DNA from: Chiloscyllium plagiosum
Lineage: Eukaryota
NCBI RefSeq assembly: GCF_004010195.1
Contig: NC_057721.1
Span: 47,512,330 to 47,576,329, forward strand
Direction: 5' to 3'
Length of the DNA stretch: 64,000 bases
In this document: one piece after another, positions 11,721 to 25,397 of the stretch
How positions within the stretch are numbered: position 1 is the first letter of the stretch
How the letters are laid out: each line of letters begins with the position of its first letter
The notes under the pieces: generated by a model
The model's database searches: none
What the model saw: the letters and a program-made list of their open reading frames with translations, nothing else
Told to the model about the DNA's origin: nothing
Program-made: the position numbers and the translations under genes

Positions 11721-13693
11721 CTACAATGAAAAGAACAGAAAGAAACTAATTAAAGTTGAATCAATGCGCAGTTGATTAATACCCGTATTGCCAAATATGG
11801 TCAAAATAAAGTTAATGTGACCTATAGGTAGCTTCACCTAGATGGCAGGTAAGCCAAATTTGCAATGGGACTGTCTCTAGTTAATTTGAGTAAATGACTG
11901 GGACATGGAAGTACGTCAAGAAAATTTCATTTGTTCTGCACTATATGGAAGATTTTAAGCACCAGTGAAGAGCAGTGTTTAAAAGTCTCACATATTTCAC
12001 TCTACAGCAACTTCTACAGGTGGAGGAAAGGTTATTTAACTGTGCATAAAATCTGAGCAATAATACTTCAGCTCAAGGTAAACATTGAAAATCTCCCAAA
12101 GTGGGTACCAAAGAAATGCAGCCATATCTGCAGTTGAGGTCCTGTCTGCACTTAAAGCATAATTGCAAGCTGGGCACAGGCTAGTGCAGTCATCATGGCT
12201 CCCTGTAACTGACTTCAAATGATCAAAAGGCTTACTGGTGAAGGGACAGGAGAACATAAATTCTCCCCCTAATATACACATTTTTCCAGTTAAACCCACC
12301 AGAACTGACACACATCCGGAATGAAAGCTCCCATGTGTTTTGTGAGTTATTGTTAAAGTATCAAGTATGGATTAACACAGATCTTGTATTGTTTAAACTG
12401 GATAGTATCCTTTTCAGCCATTGGGAGTGGTGGCCATGGAATAAGTTTGAATCTCTTCTCTGAGATTAACAGGTTTCTCAATAGGGTCATTAGCCATTAA
12501 TGCAGAGAATAGTCAAAGATCTCCAAAGAGTCATCACCCTAAATTTTTTATTTTTAAAAATGCTGAAAAAGCTGTTAGATTAATTATAACATTACTTTAT
12601 TGCAGCCATTAAGTATTTGCCAAAACTCTATTTTGTTCCTTTTCATACTTAATTTCCTTTTGATAAATTTCATCAACATGTTTCCTAAATTAAATATTAA
12701 ATTAAATTAAAGTGATTAGGCATTAAGTTACCTTGCTGCCTTATTTTTGGCTCAGTTCCTGAACGTACTACCAAACTCCCACTCATTGGGAGTGAGGCAA
12801 TATTCTTAACACAACAAAGCACAAATATAATTTTGTAATTACAACGGATCATAAATTCATAATAATTTCTTTTACATCTTTCAGGTCTCTTGTGAGGATC
12901 TATTATTTGCTTTGGAAGCTTTACTAAATTGATGTGCTGAATTTGCATGATCAATGGAGTTTTTAACTATTTGAATAATTGGAATAGTAGAATCTGCTTA
13001 TTAAAACATTTGTAAAATCATAATAGACTTTTTGAAAAAAAAACACATCTTGTTGATTTTTTTTGTCTAGCACTAATCAGGACAATTCACAAGAATGCCA
13101 ACTTAAGGGAGAAAAACAACATTAATATGGTATGACAGGATAATGCTGATTGGTTGACTGGTGGGCTCTGCTTAATAGAGGTATTAACCATGGAGAATGC
13201 ACCAAATAATGACAATTGACAAAACAAAGAATTGAATGACATTCATCTAGTTTGTTGAGCTGAAACAGACACAAAACAGGTTTCAACTCAACAAAATAGA
13301 TGTCAATCTTACTCTGTTTCATTAATCAGGAAAGGACATTGACCAATCAGAGTCAACCTGCCTCATTTAAAATTTAAACAAGCCTAGCAGTTAACTCTCA
13401 ATCATCATTCACATTGTCAATACACTTATCAACCAGTGTCTACTGGCTGACTGATCAGCTGTCTTCACTCATATCTTATTAATGTTGTTTTTCCCTTAAA
13501 TTGGCATTTCTTGTAAACTGACTTGATGGGTGCATGATGAAAAGTTTCTACAACGTGTGTCTTTTTTGGCAGTACTTAAGTTCTATACTACTAAACAACT
13601 ATTTATAATAGTTTTATGAGATTACATAAGAAAATTCATGTCACCATATAACAAGTATGTAATATTCTTAACTATACCCTGAAATTAATGTTA

Positions 13694-13816
<123 letters not shown>

Positions 13817-15174
13817 TTAATTATTTACTTGAAAGATTATTCCCTTTGTGGCTGTTATTAACAATTGAAAATCTGCATCATTTCGTATACAAACCCTCAT
13901 TGTCAATAAATATAGAGAGCCTCCATCATTCACACCAGCACACTCCAGATTGTTCTGAATTTTAAAGGTACGTTTCATCAGTTTGGTTGGTTTCTGTTTG
14001 ATCTCAAAAGATTCCATTGAGGAGTAAAGGTTTAATTGTGTTGTAGTAAATGCTAAACAAATGCAAATGGTGTTGGTATTTGGGCATCAAAAGCGGAATC
14101 TTATGGGATAGGGGCTATGGAAAAAGTTGTGGCAGAATTACAAGCGAGGTCCTGCAATACCTAGCTTGACAATGGGACCAACATGCTGCACTTTTTAACT
14201 AAATTCTGGGTGTTGAGATATGATTCTCACGAGGAAGTGGTGATTTGCCTACTATGAGGGATTATTATTGAGAATCATAAAGTCATACAGTACAGAAGAG
14301 GCCCTATGGCCCATAGCATCTATATTGCCAACTTAATCATCTTATTAACTGCAGATCTCACCTCATTAACATGTAGTTTCCAATTTTGCCACCCCACCGT
14401 GAACAATCTAGACATCAAGTATTCTCAACATGAAAGTCAGAACAGGTAACTGGCAACCTCAGCTGCCTGCTGCTGTGTAGAGCCTCCATATTGGTCACCA
14501 GACAACAGCATCTCAGGGCATGATCCATGGACACCAGTCACATGCACCCCTCATCTATGCGCACTGGCATCCAATTTTTGCCAATGTTTCAGGATCCTCA
14601 TGGCACCTCTCTGACCAACTTGTAGGATAATTGGAAGTATCCTATTGCAAGGTACACCAATAACTAGTATTGAAAAGGTTGATGCAAGATAATTCTGTAT
14701 GCAGGGACATGGATCCAATCCAGCTCATAGATTGGATCAGGCTGCATCTCAGGGCTGCTCACTTGCTGTCTTAGCAGTCGTTCAGTTAGAGCTTACTGCA
14801 TGTTGATAGCATTGATGTCTTTGTTCTTTGTTATGTCTTGCCTTGCCGTGCTTATTAGTGCAGTCACATAACCGTGGTTCTCGCTTTGCAAGTCAACAAT
14901 CCTCAGTCACGGGAGTACACATCTTTCTGTAAGGCACCATGTTATGTCAATCTCACACCTGTACCGCGTGCCAGCACCTATGGAGTAAACACGTTCAGAA
15001 GTCTAGTTGGGGTGTTCTTGGTCAGGTAGTCTGTGCCTCTGCTGCCTAGGGAGTGAGCTGCAGTCAGTCCTGTGGCTCCATAATGCCCAGGCTAGGCAGT
15101 AGGGCTGATGCACTCAGGGAAATATACAGCCATCTGGAGTCTGGACACTTTCTGTCTGCAGCCGTCCTACTAGA

Positions 15175-15827
15175 TCAGGTAATCAGGTAGGCTAATGAAA
15201 TGTTTGCCCATATTTTCAAGGGAGTTGGAGTATAAGAGTGAGGAGGTCTTACCGTAACTGTACAAGGTGCTGGTGAGACCATATCTGGAATACTGTAAAT
15301 GGTTTTGGTCCCTTAAGGTAGAATATTATTTCATTGGAGTAAATTCAAAGAAGATTCACTAGGATAATCTGTTTGGAGGAAATGTATTAAGAGCAAAGAC
15401 TAAAAAGGTTGGGACCCTACTCATCGGAGTTTAGAAGAATGAGAGGTGATCTCATTGAAACATGAAGAATTTTTAAGGGACTTGACAGTCTACATGTTAA
15501 GAAGACATCTCCCCTCATGGGAGAATCTAAGACCTGAGGGCAGAGTCTCAGTATAAAGGGACACCAGTGTAAGACTGAGATAAGGAGGAATTTCTTTTCT
15601 CACAGGATTCTAAGTCTTTAGAATCTCTTGCCACAGAGAGCTATGGTGGCAGAGTCCTTGTGAGATAGATATATAGAATCTTACTCAGTTGGGATCTGAA
15701 GGATTATGAGGAAAAAGCAGGAAAGTGGAGTTGAGGCTGAGATGAGATCAGCCATGATTCTATTGAATGGTGGCGCATGCTTGAGGGGCCAAATGGCTTA
15801 AACCTGTTTCTAATTCTTATGGTCTTA
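15175..15827 (+). mobile_element. CR1-like LINE 3' portion nested in an older element
   Basis: LYKVLVRPYLEYC-like segment, RRNFFSxR motif, 3' UTR gatcagccatgat...ggccaaatggc. Confidence 0.75.
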
Positions 15828-16747
15828 CAAAACCAACCAATGATCAAATGCCTGGGATAGCTAGGTCCCCGCAACGTAGCTGCAGTTCCTGTAACCTCTG
15901 GCCTAAGATGGTAATTGTAACTCATGTACAATGCATCTAACATTCCTGTTCCTCCCTGTGCATGTGGGTAGAGTTCCTGATTGTCAACACCACAGTGCCG
16001 TCTCCTGTCTGAAGTGGAGCAGTCTAGTTTCCGACAGACCTCCAAGTGCCTGGGGGATTTTTTCCTTGTCTTATGCAGAGATGTCAGAGTGAGATGTTCA
16101 ACAAATTGTGCTCCCAATTTTTCCAAGTCTGACATTTGCACCGAGGGGTCACTATCTCAGCTGGTGGGGGTGCAGGAAGCAGGCTTGCTGATGCTGCCAT
16201 ACACTCATTCTCTGAGGTTGTGGAGGTAGCCTCTGGTGGAGCAGCCTGTTTCACCCCGAGGACCATGGACATCCTGCTGGTCCCTGCATGATACAAAAAG
16301 AGAGAGAAGGCATGATGGTCATTGTTTAGAAGATAAGTGCACTGAATGACACTGACAACTGGGTTACTGTGAGAATTACAGTGGAATGAAGAATGGTACT
16401 TACTCGGTTGGCAGAGCATGGATCACTCGGCAACCTCACAAGAGATTCTGGTGTCTCTTGTGGGTGAGAAGCATAATGTTGGCACCTGTCCATCTGATAT
16501 TGTGAGATATCTTGGCTACTAATGATAGTGCTGGTGCTCAGAAGGTAGTGAAGTGTTCTGTAGCAGTGAGTCAGCAGTACTGAGGTTATGTGGAGGTTAT
16601 TGGTATGGGAGGTGCATGACAATGAGTGAGAGCTGCTGATGCAGGCAATAGTGACATTGCCAGAGCATGGGCCTTAGTGGAAGATGGGTACAGTAACTGT
16701 GGTAGAGTGAGTATAAGGTAGCAGAGAAAGAAGAGTGTGGCACTTAC

Positions 16748-16953
16748 CCTGACAGAGTGGAATGCTCATTGACTTGTTTGTGGCATTGCTTGCCATTCCT
16801 CCAGATTGAGGCAGCCACATAGACCTAGGTGGCATCCTTGAACCTGGATGCCAGCTTGTAGTGGTGTGGCCTCCTCTGCCATTCCTTCTGGAAAAGAATG
16901 TTCCTCATTCACAACATTCTGTCCACCAGGACCTCTAGGTCACTGTTGAAGTA
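16748..16953 (-). pseudogene. Fossil Myb/SANT-like DNA-binding exon, probably from a PIF/Harbinger transposon (wider remnant about 14400-17260)
   Basis: Reads YFNSDLEVLVDRML*MRNILF...RRP...WRNGKQCHKQVNE then a gtaag donor; fits the F..DLEVLVD.V.....LF...R..QC.K.fNdl pattern; two stops. Confidence 0.55.
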
Positions 16954-18698
16954 CTGTATCTCCTTTTCCCTCTTCTCTGATATCTTCTGAATGATTGTTC
17001 ATCACTAAGCAGGGCAGCTTTGGAATGCCACTGCTAATTCTGGTGTGTAGCAGCCTTTTAAAGATGGTGCAATGGTCTTTCAGTCGATACCTGGTGAGCG
17101 GCAAGTCCTTCCAGGAATGGCACATGGGAAGATAGGGATAGAGTCAGATGAGAGAGACATTGTGGGTTGGGGATAGGCTGGATTGGGTGCAAAGACTCAA
17201 GTCTCCTTGAAGTAGTAGCCAGGGTGGCTCTGGGAATCAATCTCCTTTTGTGAATTAATGCCAGAAAATAAATTTAAACCCTAAAAACACTCTTGAAATT
17301 GGTTCCGGTCCATTTTCGGATCTTGACACAGCTCATGTGCTGTCAGGAAAATCTCTTGCTGCCTGGCGAAGTGAAGATAAGCTTGAAGATAACATCCTTG
17401 ATTGGCTTCCTGCTGCTTCCAAGCTGTTGGACCTGCTGGTGTACCACTGGGAAAAATACTTAGAGACATGGAAGTATTGGGCAGCTGATCTAGTGCTCAT
17501 TTTTCCAAATGACCTTGCACCCCACCTCCAAATCCACCTGTACAGCCCTGGGAATACCCAGACCCTTAACTCCACTGCTTTCTCAATAAACACTGCATAT
17601 TTAGGCCTGCTGAATATTTCAAGCATTTTTTTTTTGTGTTTCCTTTCATTTCAGATATCCACCCTTTTTTACTTTGACATTACCTGATTTCTGAAGACTA
17701 TCACGTATTTAAAAAGGCTATGTTAATCAGTGATGGTAGGCGTAAAATATGTTTGACATTAGCCATTTGGTTTGCAGCTTTTCTCACTTTCCTGAGGAAT
17801 AGAGATAATGATGACAGCATTTTCCCTGGCCCAGCAGGTCAGTTATTGCAAAGGGGATCTTAGGTTTGATGGAACATCTGTTGAAACACTTCTTCAATAT
17901 CTCGAAGCTAGTATTAACTTGCCTTTATCATCCAATGTGCACAATAATTTTTTTCAAATTGATTTCTGATTATTTTCTGAGTTTGATTTTATTGGAAAAA
18001 CATGAGAAGCATCTACTCAGTTTACAAAATGAAGTTCCCTATTGGAGATTCAAGTGTACAAAATATTGTGTATTGCCTGAATTGTTCCTAGTTCTTATTA
18101 TTTGCAGATCTAGTGAATGGGAAGGAATCTTGGAAAAAAAACATTCTGAAGTTAAAGAAAGCATTTATGGTCATCATTTATAGAATTCTATGATTAATAT
18201 GGACCAGTGATACACCATAATAAGGAGACAAAAGAGAACAACGACATAGCATTCTTACAAGGTAACAACATTAATCATCATCACTGCAGCAACAGCATTA
18301 TCACTTTCATTCCGAAGAGTATGGCAGTGAAAATAAAAATAAAAAACATTCAAATGTTAAAAATCTGAAATAAAAACAGAAAATGATACATGTTGTGGGT
18401 CATTCTGTGGACAGCTCAAATAAAAAGTCATGTTTCAAACATGTATACTTGTAGCACTATGAGATCATTTCGACCACTGAAAGATGGGTTGGTGCCTCAG
18501 CAGGGTCTTGCAAAATGCACTGAAGTGTTATTTTTAATAAGATTAAGCCTGCAGGTAGGGCTTGAATCATTGGACTGGCTGTGCAGATAACTGTCAGAAC
18601 TGAGTGAAAAATGCCAGTGAATCAGCAGGCCTGTGAGCTACACCTGCTCCCATTAAACTTACCACACGCACAAAACAAATGGGAGAGTTGTACACTAC

Positions 18699-18770
18699 CT
18701 GACCCTTTGGTAAGGACCCTGGGCAGCTTGGATCCTCTGAAGAAAATTCATTGCCAAATCCTGCCATATA
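18699..18770 (-). CDS. HGD: HGD exon 2 ([24 protein letters not shown])
   Basis: ttttccag|...|gtagtg; 72 nt; strong similarity to human [24 protein letters not shown]. Confidence 0.96.
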
Positions 18771-19231
18771 CTGGAAAAGAATAGACAGTGAGTAATTAAT
18801 GTGTTATTTCAGTACTTTTGTACACAACTGATGAAAATAGTTAACTTGCACCAAGTTGTATTTCTGATTAGAAAATATATTTATTTGTTGTTGGATATTT
18901 TTTGTGCAAACACCTGACTTAACAGTTACATTACTTAAAGTACATTTTAATATTTCATAATGTGCTTAATATTTATTTTTGGAAGGTGTGTATATTTATC
19001 TGGAAATACAGGCTTATGTCAATGGCAATTCAAAAGTATTTTTCCACAGATTCTGATTATTATCCTGCCTGAGTCAGAAGTCACACGTTACCAGGTTATA
19101 GTCCAACAGGTTTATTTGAAATCACAAGCTTTCAAAGCGCTGCTCCTTGTCATTCCTGAGTAAGGATAAGCTCAAAGTATGGACCTCCTCTCCTTTTCTA
19201 CCAAATAAAAGATGTACAATAATGATATCAG

Positions 19232-19513
19232 AAGTGAAAGGGGTAGGCCATTTAGGACAGAGATGAGGAGAAACTTCTTCACCCAGAGAGTGGTGGGTGT
19301 GTGGAATACTCTGCCCCAGAAGGCAGTGGAGGCCCAGTCTCTGGATTCATTTAAGAAAGAGTTGGATAGAGCTCTCAAAGATAGTGGAATCAAGGGTTAT
19401 GGAGATAAGGCAGGAACAGGATACTGATTAAGAATGATCAGCCATGATCATAATGAATGGTGGTGCAGGCTCGAAGGGCAGAATGGCCTACTCCTGCACT
19501 TATTGTCTATTGA
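19232..19513 (+). mobile_element. CR1-like LINE 3' end, well preserved
   Basis: ORF 19212..19427 GRPFRTEMRRNFFTQRVVGVWNTLPQKAVEA..LDSFKKELD; 3' UTR ending ctattg. Confidence 0.85.
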
Positions 19514-20604
19514 AAGTATTTACTAATCAAGGACAATTGAATAGGTGATTCTATTCTCGAAAAAAATTAAGGCAGAAGGTCTGAATAACTTTAAAATTAT
19601 TGATTGTATTTTTTAGGGCAAATGTAGAGAAGGTGTTTCCAATTCTGGAGTTGGGATGAGTCCAACTTTAAAAACCAAGAGTATGCGATAGTCATTAATA
19701 AATCCAATAAGGCATTCAGAAGAAATAGCTTGGCCCAGACAATCTTTAAAATGTGGGACTGCATTTAAGATGAGGCTACATCAACACACAAAGGAGAAAG
19801 GAAGAGACAGTTATGCTGGTGGTGTTGGGTCGGATGAGGCATGTGTGGAATATAAATATCTGCGTCACCCAGCTGGATTAAATGGCCTGTTTTTGGGAAC
19901 TAGTTCAATGTATACAGCTTAGGCTGTTTAAAGTGTTTTTTCACATTCTTATGAATAACTGTGAACGCTCAATTGAGCAGGATGTTCCCTCGGCTGGAAG
20001 AACTCAGCTACAAAGGGAGACTAGAATGGGTGGAGTTGTTTTCCCTAGAGCAGTGAAGGCTAAGGGGGGAATTTGATTGAAGTATACAAAACTATAAGGG
20101 GCAAAAAAACAGGGTAGATAGGGAAAAACTTTGCCTCTTAGTAAGGGGTCTACAACCAGGGGGTATGAGTTTAAGATAAACAGGAGGGTTAGAGGAGATT
20201 TGTAGAAATAATTTCACCCAGAAATATCTGGGTGTTTGGAACTTACAGCCTAAAGGGGTGGTAGAGGTAAGAACCCTCAAGACATTTAAGAATTATTTAG
20301 ATGAACACTTGAAATGCCACAGCATACAAAGTGCTGGAATATGGGATTAGATCGATGTTTACGACAATGGGCTGAAAAATCTCTATGACACTGTAACATA
20401 AGATTACTATGAAAACTACTCCGAACTATTCAAAGGACTAGAATTAAGCTAAGACAGAGTTTTGTCAAGTGACAGTCTGGCCTGCTAGTGTTTCATAGTG
20501 ACTTATCTGTTTTTCTGACTTGGCTCTTCACGTTATCAATTATACAGTGGAATAGGGCTCCTGGGCTTTTCTGCTGGCTTTGCACAGAAGGAGTGCAGAT
20601 GTAG

Positions 20605-21903
20605 TTGCCATTGGGACTTTACAATGTTCAAACTGCTGGTGCCATACTTAAAGCTTAGCTGCTTGCTATTTTAGAGGTTGAAAGTTCAGACTGGCCCAGT
20701 CTGGTGCTCAATCATTACTACCAAATACATGGGTCAGGGCAAAGGAAACCTCACCCCTCTTCTTCACAAACAGGGATCAGGAGATGCTGGCGGACGGGAT
20801 GGTGGAAAAAAAGGAAGATGGTCTTTTTTGAGCCAGTGCTCCACAGGGGTAAATGCCACCATCTTCTTTCTGCTAGCTCATACCCATAGGACCTGCGCAC
20901 ACTCTTACCCTGCCACTATGCACATGTCTGACCAAGGCTCATGGACTACAAATCTCAGAATTGCATGCAGACTGTTTCTATTATCCACCTCATCCTCCCA
21001 AACTACAAACCCTTCCTGCCTTCTGCACTTCCTACTTGTTCATCAGGAACCTCTTGTCACCTGCCCTGCTCCCACATCTCCAATAATTGCTTTTTCATCC
21101 ACTTCCACCTTTTCATTCTCTCAGTTTTCCCCAAGGCAGGAAAAATTGACCCACAGCCAGACTGAGAGATCCAAGACTGACAGGGAATGCTGGACATCAG
21201 GAGGAGGAAATAATCCAGGCAGCGAAGAGCATGACTGCATATGTGGGAATAGAGAGACATCAATTGCCAACCCACCCTGTAAGTCTCATTGTACCCAACT
21301 GTGCTGCTCTCCAATTCCCGTCAGCATCAACTCATTCTTAATCTGCAGAAGCCTTTCTGCATCTTCAACAATTCCTTCCTCTTAGCCGACAGTTGTGACA
21401 CTCAACAAATATTGGCCAGTAAGAAACCCAGACTCTCAGGTTCACCTCCATCTCTGTGGAGAGGAACCCTGACAGGGTGCATCATCAAGGCTTTCTCCTG
21501 CACCCTCCAGTGCACAGAGGCTGGCACCTTAGTGGGTACTTTTTCTAGATTAGACTCACAAAGATAAATTTAGTTGATAGACTTTGTGGAAACATATCCA
21601 AAGCCTTTGGGAGATTAAGTTATTGGGCATAACAGTCCACAAGGACCTGTTAAAAAATGCTCAGGCATTACCTCACCCTTCAATTCACAATGGCTGTAAT
21701 TAAATAAGCTATCATTCACAGTTTCTTCCTGGTAATCAATTCCAGGAAGAGGGGTGAGGTTTCTTTTGCCCTGACCCATGTATTTGGTAGTAATGATTGA
21801 GCACCAGACTGGGCCAATCTGAACTTTCAACCTCTAAAATAGCAAGCAGCTAAGCTTTAAGTATGGCACCAGCAGTTTGAACATTGCAAAGTCCCAATAG
21901 CAA
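20605..21903. repeat. 158-bp inverted repeats (20605-20762 / 21746-21903) around a 983-bp spacer
   Basis: Direct comparison shows 4 mismatches in 158 bp; mirrored ORF starts MKVQTGPVW.. (+) and MKVQIGPVW.. (-). Confidence 0.92.
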
Positions 21904-24237
21904 AGAATTAAAGTAAGAACACTGGGTCTTTTTTGCCTATTCTTTTTTTTGATATAGATACCGTATTGGCCTGTTTCAAAAATACTGCTGCCTTTTCATG
22001 TCCATATGATTGTTATTATATTACAAGTCTCCTTCCTATTCTCTTTTTATACTGCATACTATCATACACCTTTGTGATCTATTTGTTTTGAGGCCATTCA
22101 ACCTGTTTCTATCTAATTTACAATAAAATCATTGATTGTGATTATTCCTGTGAGGTACAAGCTCATTTGCATCATGTACAGTTTTCACTTCTTCCCTGAC
22201 TGCTTGTCCATAATTATAGTCTGAAAGAATTTCTACTGTTATTCTTAGCCTCAGCTATGATTCCCATTCCCAGGTTTTCCTATCCTCGCTGATCATCCTT
22301 TTGAAGTGTCTCTGACTCTATTATTCATCATATTGAGTCCTTCCCTGTTTGTCACTGCCAGATTCAGAAAAACCATATTTTCTGTCTCACCTTTGCTAAT
22401 CTACTTAGGTCAATATTTTATTAAATTGAGACTGTTGATTTTAACTTTCATCCATGTCCTTGTACTCTTAACAGTGTTCCATTTATCTTCCATTGAAGTA
22501 TTGCTATGATGTGTTTCATTTACATTGATCGGGTTATTAAGAAATGCCAGATCCTGTAGCTTTTTCACTGTATTCAGTCATGAAGCACATGCAAGATGTC
22601 TATATCACTTGATTTTTCTCAGTGTATTTATTTTTGCAAACATAAGGTTTTATTTCCAGATGATAGTTTTAAACTCAAATCAAAATTTGGATCTGCTGTA
22701 GTGAGATTTGAATTAAGTTCTTTTTAACATTGCCCTTAACCTCAGGTTTGTTAGCCCATAACATAACCACTAAGCAAATGCACAAGATAGTCACCCAACA
22801 GTATGATTCATTCTGAAGAAGGGTCACTGGACTTGAAACACGAACATTGCTTTCTCTGGACAGATGCTGCCAGATCTGCTGAGTTTCTCCAGCAGTTTCT
22901 GTTTTTGTTTCAGTTCTTCAACATCTGCAGTTCTTGGTTTTATTCTGGTTTATTCTGTAAGTTTCTACCTCCCACAAGATCAGTTATATCTCCTAGCCAG
23001 GTATCCCTGACATATAGGACTACATACATTTAATCTACTTTCTTTTTCCTAAAAGTTCTTCCACTCATGAATGTTTCATCCTCTGAAATTAGCCATGTTT
23101 CACGAACTTATACAACAGCCCCCAGTTCCAGCATTTCTAATGTTTCTGGTATTTATGTAAATACCTCCTTACAAAACTCGCTCTTCCTATAATCTCCATA
23201 ATTTGATTATTCCATGTCTCCAGTTCATAAGAATCTCTCAGGTTTTGAGTAAATATCAGCTCAGTGGCTATCTTCTACAATCTGTTTAATCCTTTGACAG
23301 TGTTTAATCCTTGGAAGTTTGTTGTTAATTATATAATTTAGATACTACCCATCTTTTCTGGAAGGATCCCCGATTACACGTGGAAGTAGGAATATTGTAC
23401 ATACAGCATGCTGCCATTAGTTATTCGCCTCTTCAATTCTTTTGGTAAATTATACTCCTTTGCTAAATATTTATATGGAAATTAAGATTTGATTAAGACA
23501 GAAATATTTATATAATTGAAAATGGCGTGTTTAAAAGTATGAAGTTTTAAACAGGCAGCACTACTGCTTAAGTAGGCCTCAATATATCCCATAATAATAA
23601 GACGTAGGATAATAACCCCATTACATCTGTGACCTTCTGTCAGTAGGCAGCTACATTCAATCTTCCGCTTATTGGCTCTTGTTCCTGCAACACCTAAATT
23701 TCAAAATATGTTTGTGATCAAAGTCTGCAAGTTGTGCAGTCGACAGTCACAGTCTGCTGATCCTTAACCAAAAACACACTGCTATGTATTTCTTCCCAAA
23801 AATGAGCAACTTTTCGCTAATGGAAACAATGTATACTGTGACAGACAGATTAGAGAAAAGTATGTATTTAAAAGAGAACAATAAAAATGTAGTAGAATTT
23901 CAACAATAAGATAATAACAATTGATAATAGCTCACATAAGTAAATATTGACTAAATAGATCGATCGAATGCTGACAGTGTTTAGAAGGATAGTACTTTTA
24001 TAGTTAATCAAACTGGCCAAAGAAAGTTAGAAATACAATTAATTGGGAGAGAATAGAAAGCAGAATATATATCATGAATTTGGTTTTACCTTTTAGTAAA
24101 GTGGAACCAAAAAATATATCAATAATTATTTCAATATTGATGAACAAAAAACTGTAAAGGATAATGCTTATGAAATTTTATTTCTGTAATGAATAAAATA
24201 CATGTATGTCGAATATAGATTTATTTCTCATTCTTAC

Positions 24238-24252
24238 CTTGAGTGACGCCAT
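24238..24252 (-). CDS. HGD: HGD coding exon 1 (MASLK)
   Basis: Minus strand ATG GCG TCA CTC AAG|gtaaga; 15 nt, matching the short first coding exon of vertebrate HGD (human MAELK); in frame with exon 2. Confidence 0.9.
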
Positions 24253-24578
24253 TTCTATGCTTCTTTTCTTTTGTTCAAAAAATGAACAGCAGATTTAAAC
24301 TGCAACTGAACCAAAGCAATTGAGCTCCTAAATGAAAGAGAACCTGTAGGTGGAGGGCAACAAACTTTAAACAGCAAGGGCTGCATTAGGCATGCTCCAG
24401 AACTGATGCAACACTTAGTTTTTTTTTAATCAAAGTCCCAGAATGCGAAGTGAAGACCGGAGGGAGAATTGAGGCTAAAAATTGATAAATATAAACCAAA
24501 AAAAGTAAGTAAACAAAAATAATATACAATAGAAATGAAAAGGAGTGGAAAAAGAGAAAAATGTTAGACTTGAGAGAG

Positions 24579-24591
24579 CTTAATTATTAAC
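24579..24591 (-). promoter_or_regulatory. Candidate HNF1 site in the HGD promoter
   Basis: GTTAATAATTAAG is a 12/13 match to the HNF1 consensus GTTAATNATTAAC, about 330 bp upstream of the HGD ATG; HNF4-like CAAAGTCCC at 24431-24439. Confidence 0.45.
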
Positions 24592-25397
24592 TTGTGTCCC
24601 TTCCATCTACCTTTCATAGTACATCATCCACCACAAACTCTGAACACTTAGCACTAATCTCATCACACTCCCTAACCACAATCTCTGACAAAATCACTGC
24701 CTCAGTATTCCATTTGATGCCAAACTGATCTTTAGGTGCATACATTGTCTTTACAGAAACTGTCTAAAACAAACCCTGTAAATTATTCTTCTATGAACCT
24801 ACCTTATACCATCTGCAGCTGAAATCTTTACCATGTCTTCTACATTCGCACATGGTCATTTCCTTGCTATATAGGATCTTATTTTTCACCCTCTGCAAAC
24901 TCATCCCTTGTACCCTTGTGTTCATAGACCTGCAATGGTTCAATTTTCCCAAGCTCCTCACATTTAAATTCTCAACCTTTTGTTTAAACCTTCTCCCTAC
25001 CCTCTATATCACCATTTCTATCCTCTGACTGGAGTTTTTTGTTTATTCCCTACCTTGCACACATTCAATTGGCATTATCCATCTAAGCTGTCTGTTCTGG
25101 TGTTATTGTTTCAATGGGACTGGAGAAGGTTATCTGAAATGAAACCTATGAAGCATCTTCAACCAGCAAATGGACAGACTGGAGGTAACCTCATCTGTTA
25201 GGGAACCACGCACACGTAGAAGTTGCAGATTGTGTCAAAACACTACAGATAAATGTCAAGGACATTGAGGATAGCAATAAGGACAAGTGGGGAGCTAGGG
25301 CCTGGATTGTCTATTTGTTGTAACCTGCACTTCCACTAATATCATTTATTGTAACCTGCACATCCACTAATATCATTTATTGTACATCAAAGTTTTA

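Noticed and set aside
17337-17687. 116-aa ORF and overlapping antisense ORFs
   Set aside because: No domain recognised and no splice-consistent link to HGD; likely chance or decayed repeat
20678-21385. 235-aa ORF as a protein-coding gene
   Set aside because: Non-ATG start, Ser/Cys-rich low-information sequence, no recognisable domain, starts within an inverted-repeat arm; kept only as part of the inverted-repeat finding
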